Origin: Squalus acanthias
Lineage: Eukaryota
Length of the DNA: 64,000 nt
Assembly: GCA_030390025.1 (NCBI GenBank)
Contig: CM059431.1
Span: 133,488,001-133,552,000, forward strand
Direction of reading: 5' to 3'
The notes under the pieces are model-generated. The model saw only the letters and a program-made list of their open reading frames with translations. It searched no databases and had not been told where the DNA came from. This document shows positions 1-12,489 of the stretch, piece by piece; positions within the stretch are counted from its first letter, which is position 1, and every line of letters starts with the position of its first letter. The translations under genes were made by a program, and so were the position numbers.

Positions 1-169
1 TCTGCGCGCGCAGGTGGTCGCAGCGGTAAGTTTTAGCGCCGCCGCACAATCTCAAGTTAAGTTCTCGAGGGGCGCAAACAGCGCTGCGCCCAGGCGTTAG
101 CGCCTTAACGCCCCATTAGCGCCCATTTAAGGCGCTAACGGGAGGCGCAACCAACTGAATTTTTACCCC
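1..169 (-). mobile_element. Terminus of a PIF/Harbinger element (continues left of the window)
   Basis: Reverse complement reads GGGGTAAAAATTCAGTTGGTTGCGCCTCCCGTTAGCG, matching the termini at 44861 and 62612. Flanked by TAT (170-172). Confidence 0.8.
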
Positions 170-1519
170 TATGACTCTAAGTTTTTTATTGACGTGGTAT
201 AAAACGTTCTATAGTCTATTTCACTTTCTGATATGTTAACAATGCACCCATTTTTGTATATATAACTTAAAAAAAATTCCCAGTATTCATTACTCATTTT
301 CATTGAGGTTTTGTTCTATAAAATCACATGATATTGCAGCCCACATACACAGTGCAAAATAATCACCCTGTTCTCACTTTTGTAAATGCCACTCTGTTAA
401 TTGTTCATCAAAATGAGTCTTAGCAACTTATTGTTTATTATTGGCATCTTTGGCAAAAAATTTCAATTTTAAATGATTTCATTAATTTTATGGTAACTAT
501 AAAACATATTTTAGTCTGCTTTTGTTCACAGTACTTATCATCTAAATCATATATTTTGTACTACAGTGTACTTACATGAACTTGCCCGAGTTAAGTGTGT
601 AGGAAGAAGCTGTACAGTTAGGAACGCACTGTGTGTAGGTTAATTTTTCAAACTACATCACTCTAAACAACTACAGACTCCTTGATCTGCATTATCGACA
701 TCTTATACATTTACTTAAAGAGAGGTGCAATCTTATTGTAGTCTTATACACAACAGACTGTTAGAATGGATCCAGACAGTCTTTGGAACTTGTTCCAATT
801 CTTCAATGAAGTTGCCAGGATGTTATTTAAATCTTTAAATAAACAGGGTGGGGGTTATGTTATAATCTATTTCTATGGATCACAAATGACATTTGCGACT
901 TGAATCCATTTTGTGTTTCTTACACAGTGGATTACTTTTGCGTAATGCACTATTGTGTCCCAGAAAGTGTTATCTATGAAGTAATTTGTTTAATCTCTGT
1001 CTCTAAAGTGTGTGACCAGGAAAGTCCGGACCTTGTATTTTAATAATTGCATTGGTTTAAATACTATCATTTCAAAATACAATTTAACGACTTACAGTTG
1101 AAGAAAGGGACAAATGTCCCTTCAATAAATTTTTCTAAACATTGACTTGGTGGAACGATTTCCGTACTGCATTTAAGTTAAAGTCACATATTCTGGGCAT
1201 TCTTTAAAAGACACACCTAATATCTAATGATATGAAGTAGCTTTTAAAAGTCATATGCTCATACAAAAGGGACTATTGTCCCCGCTACTCTGTTACTAAT
1301 AAACCACAAGGCTGCGTTTCCTTGAGGATAACTAAAGATAATTTTGCGAAGTCAAGAACACCTCGACACAAGGCAGTTCCGAGTCTTGTCTGTGCGTGGA
1401 GCTTATCCCCATTTCAGAGTCGGTATCATTCACATTGGAAGGGGAGGGAGGATCTGAATGGCTCCCAGATTGATACTTGACACTCTTTCGTGGCAAACTA
1501 TACTTGGTCAAATCCTTAC

Positions 1520-2016
1520 AAACCCAGTCACCAGGGCTTCACTCTCCGCATCCTCTGGAAAGTGCAGTGACTTCAGTTGTTCGACTAAGTGATCACATTC
1601 CTCTGCCTTTTTACTCAGTAATAATTCCTTATGTTTCACTTTCTCCTGAACGTCCATTAAATGTTTGCAGAGTTAAACATACAACAAAAAAAACTCTAAT
1701 TCCAAATGGAGCTCAAATAAGAAAGTGAATAAAGTGGTTAAACTCCCCAATCCTAAGAAGGTGAGGTTATCGATCCCCAGCCTTGGCGATGAGTTGGGAT
1801 CAGTTTTGGAGAAGTTGTTTCCTCTTTTTCTGCTGCCGTTCCCTCCGTCTCTCACAGACTCTGAGGTACAAACAGGGGTACAAACTTTTCCCCCTCTCTC
1901 ATAACATGATTTAAATAACCCTGATAGACTCTTTCAATAAGGGGACAACACCTGGCAAAATTTAACTGGAACTTACCGCGACATTCAACATCACTTTCCC
2001 ATATTTTTTCCGGCAT
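1520..2016 (-). other. Possible short coding exons of an unidentified host gene
   Basis: ATG 2016 MPEKIWESDVECR ends at a strong donor G|GTAAGT (1977/1976). ATG 1657 encodes 46 codons (MDVQEKVKHKELLLSKKAEECDHLVEQLKSLHF...) ending at T|GTAAGG (1520/1519). Sequence is non-repetitive, but no protein family is recognised. Confidence 0.2.
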
Positions 2017-2724
2017 TAAACAATCTTCCGAATTTTTAAAATTCCTTTTCGCATATTTTTATTTAACCACGGGCCTCCACCCGTGTTGTTTCAAAGTGCG
2101 TCAGCTGCTCAATCCCCGGGAATGGACCACACTCGTCTCCACAGAAAAAAGTACTGACAGAATCCTGAGTTCCAGGGCTCCGTATTTTAGCAAATGCCGT
2201 TCCAATTTGGATCGGCTCTGACTCTGATGTCACAAACGACTCTCTGTGACGATTCCTGGACCATTGCATATTGGGCCCCTCCCCCTGCTCCAGCTTACTG
2301 TGTGCAGTCTGTGAGGCCTTTGAATTTAAGTGCATGGGATCTTACAGATCAGTGTGTGGCTGTGCACCCGCGCACCTTACAGGGAACAGTGGCGGTGACT
2401 ATTCCACTCCTCTCAATATGCAGGGGAGGGGATAGGAGAGACTGCCGCTGACCTAATGGCATTATTAGCAGTCCCGCCTGTATATTGATGGAACAAACCA
2501 ACTAAAAACCCTGCGATGTTCTTGTGACCGCCAGTGGGAGGTGTGAGGGGCTGGGGGGCGGTGGGCGCGCAGACCCCCGATTGAGGCCAGATCAACCTCC
2601 GGGCCCCACTGTCCAGGACCCACTCTCTGTCTCCGAGCCCCAAAGTCCGGGATCCACTCTCCGGGGGACTCGGCGTCTGCGCATTGATACCTGCTCCAGC
2701 GGGACTACGCGGCCTGGTACATTC

Positions 2725-3470
2725 CTCCCTCCCTCTGTCTCTCTCTCCCCCTCCTCCCTCCGTCTCTCTCCCCCCTCCCTTCATTCTCTCCCCCTCCTCC
2801 CTCCGTCTCTCTCCCCCTCCCTTCATTCTCTCTCCCTCCTCCCTCCGTCTCCCCCTCCCTCCATTTCTCTCCCCTCCTCCCTCCGTCTCTCTCCCCCTCC
2901 TCCCTCCATCTCTCTCCCCCCCTTCATTCTCTCCCCCTCCTCCCGCCGTCTCTCTCCGCCTCCTTCCTCTGTCTCTCTCCCCCTCCTCCCTCCATCTCTC
3001 TCCCCCTCCTCCCTCCATCTCTCTCCCCCCCTTCATTCTCTCCCCCTCCTCCCGCCGTCTCTCTCCGCCTCCTTCCTCTGTCTCTCTCCCCCTCCTCTTT
3101 CTGTCTCCCCTCTCCCTCCATCTCTCTCCCCCTCCTCCCTCCATCTCTCTCCCCCTCCTCCCTCCATCTCTCTCCCCCTCCTCCCTCCATCTCTTTCCCC
3201 CTTGTCCCTCCGTCTCTCTCCCCTTCCTCCCTCCATCTCTCTCCCCCTCCTCCCTCCGTCTCTTCCCCCTCCTCCCTCCGTCTCTCTCCCCCTCGTCCCT
3301 CCGTCTCTCTCCCCCTCCTCCCTCCATCTCTCTCCCCCTCCTCCCTCCATCTCTCTCCCCCTCCTCCCTCCATCTCTCTCCCCCCTCCTCCCTCCATCTC
3401 TCTCCACCCCTCCTCCCTCCGTCTTTCTCTCTCCCCCTCCTCCCTCCGTCTCTCTTTCCTCCTCTTCTTC
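2725..3470. repeat. Polypyrimidine/polypurine minisatellite, about 23-bp unit CTCCTCCCTCCATCTCTCTCCCC
   Basis: Degenerate tandem units are directly visible and explain the S/P/L-rich and G/E/R-rich ORFs on both strands. Confidence 0.95.
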
Positions 3471-3475
3471 CAAAC

Positions 3476-3585
3476 AAAACCTAACTGCATGAGACAGTTC
3501 TGAACTGAAATGTTAACTCTGTTTCTCTCTCCACAGATGCTGCCTGACTTGCTGAGTATTTCCAGCATTTTCTGTTTTTATTGCA
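3476..3585. repeat. Penelope-derived shark short repeat (half copy)
   Basis: GAAATGTTAACTCTGTTTCTCTCTCCACAGATGCTGCCTGACTTGCTGAGTATTTCCAGC; the same family occurs at 14730, 21560, 42790 and 60228. Confidence 0.75.
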
Positions 3586-4162
3586 TGAAACGTGTTCTTT
3601 TACTCACACACAGGCTCGGATGCAGGATAGGCACTTGGGTGTCACCGTATGTACCCTTGAGACTTCCAACATCTCAGCACTAATCCTTTGTTTACAGGAC
3701 AAGCCAGCATGTAACAGGGCCTTCTTGTGAATGAGCACAAGGAGGTATCGGGCTCGGTCAATCCCAAGAGGCTCCCAGTGACAACCAGCAGCCAATCACT
3801 TCAAGTACTCCTCCCACTGGGCAGATACCTAGAAGAAGCACCAGGATAACTTCTAGGAGACATGCATTATACACTGTCACCAAGGGGAAGCACTGGGGTA
3901 AAATACACAGGGCACATACACTGATCACCTATAGAAACCAATAATGTGAGGGCAGGAATACATTCCCTGTATTACTGGTGGAGAAGCCTGAGGCCTACCC
4001 TGTGCTCTTGAATGCAGTGTGCTCCAATGTGGACAGACAGCGATTAGAGTGCTGGGAGCCTGCCCACAAGCTGAGCTCAAGGCTTGTTACGGTCTTAAAT
4101 TTTATTGAATGCCTGAGCAGCCATCCAGTCATACAACACCTATTTGGAATAGGTTCTGAAGG

Positions 4163-4587
4163 AGGAAAGAAAGACTTGCATTTATATAGCATCTTACACG
4201 ACCTCAGGACGTCCCAAAGTGCTTCGCAGCCAATGAAGTACTTTTGAAGTGTAGTCACTGTTGTAATGTAGGAAACGCAGCAGCCAATTTGCGCACAGCA
4301 AGCTCCCACAAACAGCAATGTGATAATGACCAGATAATCTGTTTTAGTGATGAGGGATAAACATTGGCCAGGACACCAGGGATAACTCCCCTGCTCTTCT
4401 TCGAAATAGTGCCATTGGATCTTTTACATCCACCTGATTTAACGTCTCAACCAAAAGACCGCATTTCCGACTGCACTGGAGTGTCAGCCTAGACTTTTGT
4501 GCTTAAGTTTCAGTAGAGTGGGTCTTGAACCCACAACCTTCTGACTCAGAGGTGAGAGTATTACCAACTGAGCCACTGCTGACACAG
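4163..4587 (-). mobile_element. tRNA-headed Deu-domain SINE (SacSINE1/DeuSINE-like) with L2-type tail
   Basis: A box TGGCTCAGTTGG, B box GGTTCAAGACC, Deu-like core GGGGAGTTATCCCTGGTGTCCTGGCCAA, and tail GCTATATAAATGCAAGTCTTTCTTTC. Confidence 0.8.
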
Positions 4588-6978
4588 GAGCCCTATTAAA
4601 TATTTTGGGGATTTCTGTCCTGCTGGCTACACCAGCAGCTCCCCTTCAGGAAGTCCAAGGGCAGCCAGTAGTCCTACAACTGGCTACTGGCGTGCAGAAT
4701 TATAGCCCCACCCCCTCTGGTGTTACCAGTGCATCATGAGATATGTGTAGAGAGTGGCATGAAATGCTTTCCTGTGATAGGGAATGTAACGGAACTCCCT
4801 ATTCTTCACAGCTATCAGCCAAGGCAAAGAATAACAGATATTAGTTGTCACCAAAATTTATATGAACAGTTGTGCAAGTGAGAAATCATAGTTGAATGAA
4901 GTCAGATTGCTGCTGGTTCACCTTATTCACTTATAGTCACATCAAATGTAGCACATCAGAAATCTTATTTTATAAATGGAGCTTCAGTCTCTTATTTTAT
5001 AAATGGAGTCAAAAATGCTGCCGCCGCTGGGAATCTGAAACAAAAGCAGAATAACCTGGAAACAAACTGCAGGTAAATTAGCTTCTGTGGAGAAAATTGG
5101 TTTGGCCCCGAAAAGTAAGAGATGGACAATCATATTAATAGGATCAGAAAAGGTGGGTGGAGGGAGGGAAAAACAGAGAAAACAAACTGGTGAACAAACA
5201 GAGGAAGTATCAGTGGAATATGTAACAAATAATTTTAGTCAAGTAATAGAAGCATTAAAGAATTAAAAAACATTAAAGAACTCTAAGGAAAATGTGAGAC
5301 ACATCATACACTGTCACCAAAGGAAAGCACTGGAGTATAATATATGAGGCACAAATGAGGTGGGGGAGGAGGCATTCCTGACTCTCGCCTCACTTTCCTG
5401 CTTGTCCGACTATTGGGTGCCCCAGTGGAGGGGCGAAAAAAACCAGGCATTGGGGCTTGGATCCCTGTGGACTGGAGATAGATCCTTTTATTTAGGTTCA
5501 TGTGGAGTGTAAATACCGTCATGGACCAGTTGGGCCGAATGGCCTGCTTCTGTGCTGCACATTCTATGCAATTCTATGTAATTTTATTTATGATTTCCCT
5601 CCTTCCCCAAGGACTATTTTTGAGCCTCAAGGCCTTCTGGCTGCTGCCATCCAGTAGCAGATGGAAGGCCCCAATGCTGATGGCCAGGAGAGTAGCTAAG
5701 GGCCACTTAGGCCCCTGTTTCTACATGTATTATCAATGACGTATGATGGATAAAGTGTTACAGGACATAAATGTGACACTTACAGTTGCTATATGCTAGA
5801 TATAAGACTTTTAAAATATATAGATATGAGTTAAATATCCCAGAAATGTTGACCAGTATTGTCCTGAAAATCATTGTTACACAAAGGAAAATTTCCTCAA
5901 GACAAAACTATATAATTATCTCCTCTTTGTCCTTTCCATCTATCAAGATTTATTCCAACTATATTAAAAACAGAAATATATAAAATGAAAGTAATCATTT
6001 TTACAATTTGATTGAAGATATGTTCAAAGCAGGTGCACTGGAGAATACAATCGCATGAAAACAAAGTTAACATTGGTTTGAAGTCTTATTTAAAATAGAA
6101 TTGTATTTTACTGTGATTTTTCTTAAGAATTTACATAATTTAACTCTGATATGTGAATATGCAGACACAGTATGTATATCCCCCAGGGTCCAGATTCTTT
6201 GCTATTTTAAACTTTGCCTGATTAAAATATTTTTTTATGAAGAATTACAGTGATTGCATAATTGAATGTGATTAGAAGCTGAATGGTGAATAATAGCTGC
6301 AGTGACAATTATTATGGAAAATAAGTCTTGAAGTATTGTGGCAGATTGCATAACAACAACACAGCAGAGATCACAGCAACAGATCAAATATTTCCTCAGA
6401 ATCAGCATGAAAGAACTCCAGTGCCCTATTTTGCTTTATTGATGGCTAATTACCACATATATTCAGTCACAACACTAATCAGCAGATCCCAAGAGATACA
6501 ATAGAAATTTACAAAATGCCTGTGGGTGACAGTTTTGATGCAGGAGGAAGCTACAAAGATGTACAAATTAAGAACATACTGAAAAAATAATAAATACTGC
6601 AAGAACAGTAGCTATGGCTATGACAGATACTCAAAACTTGTTAATATATATCCTAAACTGGAAGGATAGGAAAATCTGGCTGCAAGTTTCAGCAACCATA
6701 ACACTTGCCAGGAGAAATTCAAGCAGGATTTAGAGAGAGAAGGATTGAGGTCAGGGGAGTAAGTGGACAGAGATTTTAAACTGGGTCAAGAGGGCCCTCT
6801 CAAGAATTGGTGGCTGGAGGCATCAGAGGAAGAATGAGGCTTGAGGACCCTGGACGTGCACTAGACAAGCAGTAGGGTTCCCAGTGGATTGGAAGCCTGA
6901 AGGGAGCTGGAGGCCCTTGGACACTTATATATCTACCAGGCATTTGGGGTGGGACCAAGGCAGAGGTCTTTCACAGAA

Positions 6979-8820
6979 TCTATAGATATGTGAAGAGAAA
7001 AAGATTGGTGAAGTCAAGTGTAGGTCCCTTGCAGTCAGAATCAGGGGAATTTATAATGGGGAACAAAGAAATGGCAGACCAATTAAATACATACTTTGGT
7101 TCTGTCTTCACAAAGGAGGACACAAATAAACTCACAGCAATGTCGGGGAACATAGGGTCTAATGAGAGGGAGGAATTGAATGAAATCAGTATTTGTAGGG
7201 AAATGGTGTTAGGGAAATTGATGGGATTGAAGGCCGATAAATCCCCAGGCCCTGATAATCTATATCCTAGGGTACTTAAGGAAGTGGCCCGAGAAATAGT
7301 AGATGCATTGCTGGTCATCTTTCAAAATTCTATAGACTCTGAAACAGTTCCCATGGATTGGAGGATAGCTAATGTAACCCCACCATAGAAAAAAGGTGGG
7401 AGAGAAAAAACGGGAAATTATAAGCCTGACATCGGTAGTGGGGAAAATGCTGGAGTCCATTATAAAAGATGTAATAGCAGAGCACTTGGAAAACAGTGAC
7501 AGGATCGGACAAAGTCAACATGGATTTACAAAAGGTAAATCATGCCTGACTAATCTATTGGAATTTTCTGAGGATGTAACTGGTAGAAAAGATAAGGGAG
7601 AACCAGTGGATGTGGTGTATTTGGACTTTCAGAAGGCTTTCAATAAGGTCCCGCTTAAGAGATTAGCGTGCAAAGTTAAAGCACATGGGATTGGGGGTAA
7701 AGTACTGATTTGGATAGAGAACTGGTTGGCAGACAGGAAGCAAAGAGTTGGAATAAATGGGTCTTTTTCCGAGTGGCAGGCAGTGACTAGTGGGGTACCG
7801 CAGGGATCGGTGCTAGGATCCCAGCTATTCACAATATATATTAATGATCTAGACGAGGGAACTAGATGTAATATCTCTAAGTTTGCAGACGACACAAAGC
7901 TGGGTGGGCGTGTGTGCTGTGAGGAGGATGCCGAGAAACTCCAGTATGATTTGGACAGGTTGGGTGATTGGGCAGATGCATGGCAGATGCAGTATAATGT
8001 GGATAAATGCGAAGTTATCCACTTTGGTGGGAAAAACAGGAAGACAGATTATTATCTGAATGGCAATAGATTGGGAAAAGGGGAAGTGCAACGAGATCTG
8101 GGAGTCCTTGTGCACCAGTCGCTGAAGGTAAGCATGCAGGTGCAGCAGGCGGTTAAGAAGGCAAATGGTATGTTGGCCTTCATAGCGAGAGGATTCGAGT
8201 ACAGGAGCAAGGATGTCTTGCTGCAGTTGTACAAGGCCTTGGTGAGACCACACCTTGAGTATTGTGTGCAGTTTTGGTCGCCTTATCTGAGGAAGGATGT
8301 TCTTGCCATGGAGGGAGTGCAGCGAAGATTTACCAGACTGATACCTGGGATGGCAGGAATGACGTATGCAGAGAGATTGGGTCGATTAGGCTTATATTCG
8401 CTGGAGTTTAGAAGAATGAGAGGGGATCACATTGAAACTTATAAAATTCTAACAGGACTAGACAGACTAGATGCAGGAAGGACGTTCCCGATGGCGGGGG
8501 AGTCCAGAACCAGGGGTCACAGTCTAAGGATAAGGGGTAAGCCATTTAGGACTGAGATGAGGAGGAATTTCTTCACCCAGAGAGTGGTGAACCTGTGGAA
8601 TTCTCTACCACAGAAGGCAGTTGAGGCCAATTCATTAAATATATTCAAGAAGGAGATAGATATATTTCTTAAGGCTAAAGGGATCAAGGGATATGGGGAG
8701 AAAGCAGGGACAGGGTACTGAATTTGGATGATCAGCCATGATCTCATTAAATGGCGGAGCAGGCTCGAGGGGCTAAATGGCCTACTCCTGCTCCTATCTT
8801 CTATGCTTCTATGCTTCTAT
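6979..8820 (+). mobile_element. CR1 LINE, 5'-truncated, young (RT domain nearly intact)
   Basis: ORFs 6990-7388 and 7396-8721 carry LDFQKAF, GVPQGSVLG and FADDTKL; lesions lie near 7385-7420. Ends in a (TTCTATGC)n tail. Confidence 0.95.
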
Positions 8821-8991
8821 CAACAGGGAACCATAAGGAGCACAGCCAAGGTGAGAGCAGCTTCAGGAGAAATGGTAGAATAGGAACCGGCTGTGGGGCA
8901 ACAGGGATCCACCAAAGCTCAATTAGACAGGAAAAATAAAGAAAGAAGCAAAGAGAGACAGAAGGAGTGGGGCCAAGAGAGAAGCGGTGAC

Positions 8992-10738
8992 AGAACTGAC
9001 GGGGAGGCTCCATGAACATCTCCATCCTCAATGATGGTGGAGCCCAGCACGCGAGTGCAAAAGACAAGGCTGAAGCATTTGCAACCATCTTCAGCCAGAA
9101 TTACAGAGTGGATGATCCATCTTGGCTACTCCTGAGGTCACCACCATCACAGAAGCCAGTCTTCAGCCAATTCGATTCGCTCCACGTGATATCAAGAAAA
9201 GGCTGAGCACACTGGATACGGCAAAGGCTATGGGCTCCGACAATATTCCGGCTGTCGCGCTGAAGACTTGTGCTCCAGAACTAGCCACGCCTCTAGCCAA
9301 GCTGTTCCAGTACAGCTACAACACTGGCATCTATCCGACAATGTGGAAAACTGCCCAGGTATGTCCTGTCCAATTACTACCCCATCAGTCTGCCCTCAAT
9401 CATCAGCAAAGTGATTGAATGTGTTGTCGACAGTGCTATCAAGTGGCACTTAGTCACCAATAACCTGCTCACCGATGCTCAGTTTGGGTTCCACCAGAAC
9501 CACACAGCTCCAGACCTCATTACAGCCTTGTTCCAAACATGGACAAAAGAGCTGAATTCCAGAGGTGAGGTGAGAGTGACTGCCCTTGACATCAAGGCAG
9601 CATTTGACTGACGGTGGCATCAAGGTGCCCTAGTAAAACTGAAGTAGATGGGAATCGGGGGGAAAACTCTCCACTAGCTGGAGTCATACCTAGCACAAAG
9701 GAAGATGGTTGTGGTTGTTGGAGGCCAATCATCTCAGCCCCAGGACATCGCTGCAGGAGTTACTCAAGGCAGTGTCCTAGGCCCAACCATCTTCATCAAT
9801 GACCTTCCCTCCATCATAAGGTCAGAAGTAGGGATGTCCGCTGATGATTGCACAGTGTTCAGTTCCATTCGCAACTCCTCAGATAATGAAGCAGTCCATG
9901 CCCGCATGCAGAAAGACTTGGACAACATTCAGGCTTGGGCTGATAAGTGGCAAGTAACATTTGCGGCACACAACTGCCAGGCAATGACTATCTCCAACAA
10001 GAGAGCGTCTAACCACCTCCCCTTGAATTTCAACGGCATTACCATCGCCGAATCCCCCACCATCAACATCCTGGGGGTCACCATTGACCAGAAACTTAAC
10101 TGGATCAGCCACATAAATACTGTGGCTACAAGAGCAGGTTAGAGGCTAGGTATTCTGTGGTGAGTGTCTCACTTCCTGACTCCCCAAAGCCTTTCCACCA
10201 TGTACAAGGCACAAGTCAGGAGTGTGATGGAATACTCTCCACTTGCCTGGATGAGTGCAGCTGCAACAACACTCAAGAAGCTCGACACCATCCAGGATAA
10301 AGCAGCCCACTTGACTGGCACCCCATCCATCACCTTAAATATTCACTCCCTCCACCACCGGTTCACCATGGCTGCAGTGTGTACCATCTACAAGATGCAC
10401 TGCAGCAACTCACCAAGGCTTCTTTGAGAGCACCTCCGAAACCCACAAACTCTAGCACCTAGAAGGACAAGGGCAGCAGGCGCATGGGAACACCATCACC
10501 TCCAAGTTCCCTTCCAAGTCACATGGCATTGTGACGTAGAAGTATATCGCCGATCCTTCATCGTCACTAGTCAAAATCCTGGAACTCCCTTCTGAAGCAC
10601 TGTGGGAGTACCTTCACCACGCGGACTGCAGTGGTTCAAGAAGGTGGCTCACCACCACCTTCTCAAGTGCAATAAGGGATGGGCAATAAATGCTGGCCTT
10701 GCCAGCGACGACCACATCCTAGGAACGAATAAAAAAAA
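8992..10738 (+). mobile_element. Divergent CR1/L2-group LINE (Zenon/Crack-like), 5'-truncated, decayed
   Basis: Fragmented RT motifs ALDIKAAFD, QGSVLGP and SADDCT; A-rich 3' end. Same family as 52360-55328. Confidence 0.85.
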
Positions 10739-10870
10739 GGACAAAACCACCAGGTGAACAACAAGGGAGAAAGACATAAAAAAATTGTGAGGAGCCAGAA
10801 TGATTTTGTTAGGAGAGCACTGGAACAAATGGAGTGAAGAATTTGGAAAAGTGACAACACAGCTAACGCA

Positions 10871-11845
10871 GATAGCATTTGATAAAGTACCACATAATGG
10901 CCTTGTTAGCAAAATTGAAGCTCCTGGGATTGACGGGGCAGTGGCAGTGTAGATGTGAATTTGTCTAAGAGACAGAAAGCAGAGAGCAATGGTGAACAGT
11001 TGTTTTTCAGACTGGAGGGAAATATACAGTGGTGTTCCCCAGGGGTTGGTATTAGGCCCACTGCTCTTCTTGATATATATGAATGACCTGGACTTGGGTA
11101 TACAGGGCATAATTTCAAAGTTTGCAGATGACACTAAACTTGGAAAATTAGTAAACAGTGAGGAGGACAGTAGCAGTCTTCAGGAGGTCCTAGACAGACT
11201 GGCGAAATAGGCAGACACTTGGCAGATGAAATTTAACTTAGAGAAGTATGAAGTGATGCATATTGGAAGGAAGGTTGAGAAGAGGCGATATAAACTAAAT
11301 GGTACAATTTTAAAGGAGGTGCAGGTACAGAGCAGCCTGGGAGTTTATGTACACTAATTTTAGAAGGCTGTTAAAAAAGCATATGGAAAATGTCATAAAA
11401 AAGCATACGGGATCCTTGGCTTTATAAATAGATACACAGAGTACAAAAATTAAGGAAGTTATGCTAAATCTTTACAATTAACTGGTTAGGCCTCAGCTGG
11501 AGTATTGTGGGCACCACACTTTAGGAAGGATGTCAAGGCCTTGGAGAGGGTGCAGAGGAGATTGATTAGAATGGTAACAGGGATGAGGGCCTTCAGTTAC
11601 GTGGAGAGACTAGAGAGGCTGGTGTTGTTCTCCTTCGAGCAGAGAAGGTTGAGAGGAGATTTAATGGAGGCATTCAAAATCATGAATGGTTTTGATAGAG
11701 TAAATAAGGAGAAACTGTTTCCAGTGGCAGAAGGATCAGTAACCAGAGGACACAGATTTAAGGTTAATGGGAAAAAACCCAGAGTTGAGATGAGAATTTT
11801 CTTTTTGCAGTGAGTTATGATCTGAAATGCACTGCCTGAAAGGAT
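10871..11845 (+). mobile_element. CR1 LINE fragment, decayed
   Basis: AFDKVPH, SGVPQGLVLGP, FADDTKL and WAPHFRKD motifs with stops. Confidence 0.9.
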
Positions 11846-11849
11846 GTGT

Positions 11850-12420
11850 TTAGTAAGTACCTAGTGGGTAAGTATAGCAATTCTTGCTCTTACCTGGATT
11901 TCAATGCCGAGGTACTGGTGTAGAGAAGGTTGCGGGTGTGCAGGGCAAATCCAACAGCTACTTTTGAATTCCCACGTTTAACTGCGCATGTGCGGATTCC
12001 GGAAGTTGCTGTCCGATTTACTCCATAATAACAGTGAGTGCTGTTAGCCTCACCGTTAGTATTACCACAAAATTTGGGCCACTATTTTGGGATACAGTAT
12101 ATATTTCAAACATGACATATGGCAAGTGTAGCATGCTTGGGAGAAACAGGTGACGTATAGGCATAGAAATTCATTGACACTGCACCTGTTTTACAGGCGT
12201 AAAATAGGCATCTATGCATCCAACATGGCGGGCGGTGTGCAAGTGCACATTCTGCGCCAGAAGTGCACCACCTGCCATATTGTCAAAAGCTCCAGTATAG
12301 GCCTCCAGGGCCCGCATCTGAAACAGGTGTTAGTCCCTTTGCATATGCAAATACGGGGGCCTAATGTTTGTTTGAGGCTCACTTCCTGAAATTGGGCTGT
12401 CCTGAACATGGCTGGTGCAG
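11850..12420. mobile_element. Two Harbinger-type MITE remnants (right end at 12081, left end at 12160)
   Basis: CAAAATTTGGGCCC ends at 12081 with a subterminal hairpin. ATA|GGCATAGAAATTC starts at 12160. Confidence 0.55.
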
Positions 12421-12489
12421 TGAAATAATAGTAACTCAAAGATAAAATTAAGAATGAGAAAAAAATCATCAGTACATACAGAGTGGGAC

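Noticed and set aside
2413..3568. Long ORFs of 146-354 aa on both strands
   Set aside because: Products of the stop-free minisatellite; low-complexity translations.
3604..4160. Possible very old LINE remnant
   Set aside because: No diagnostic motif could be confirmed.
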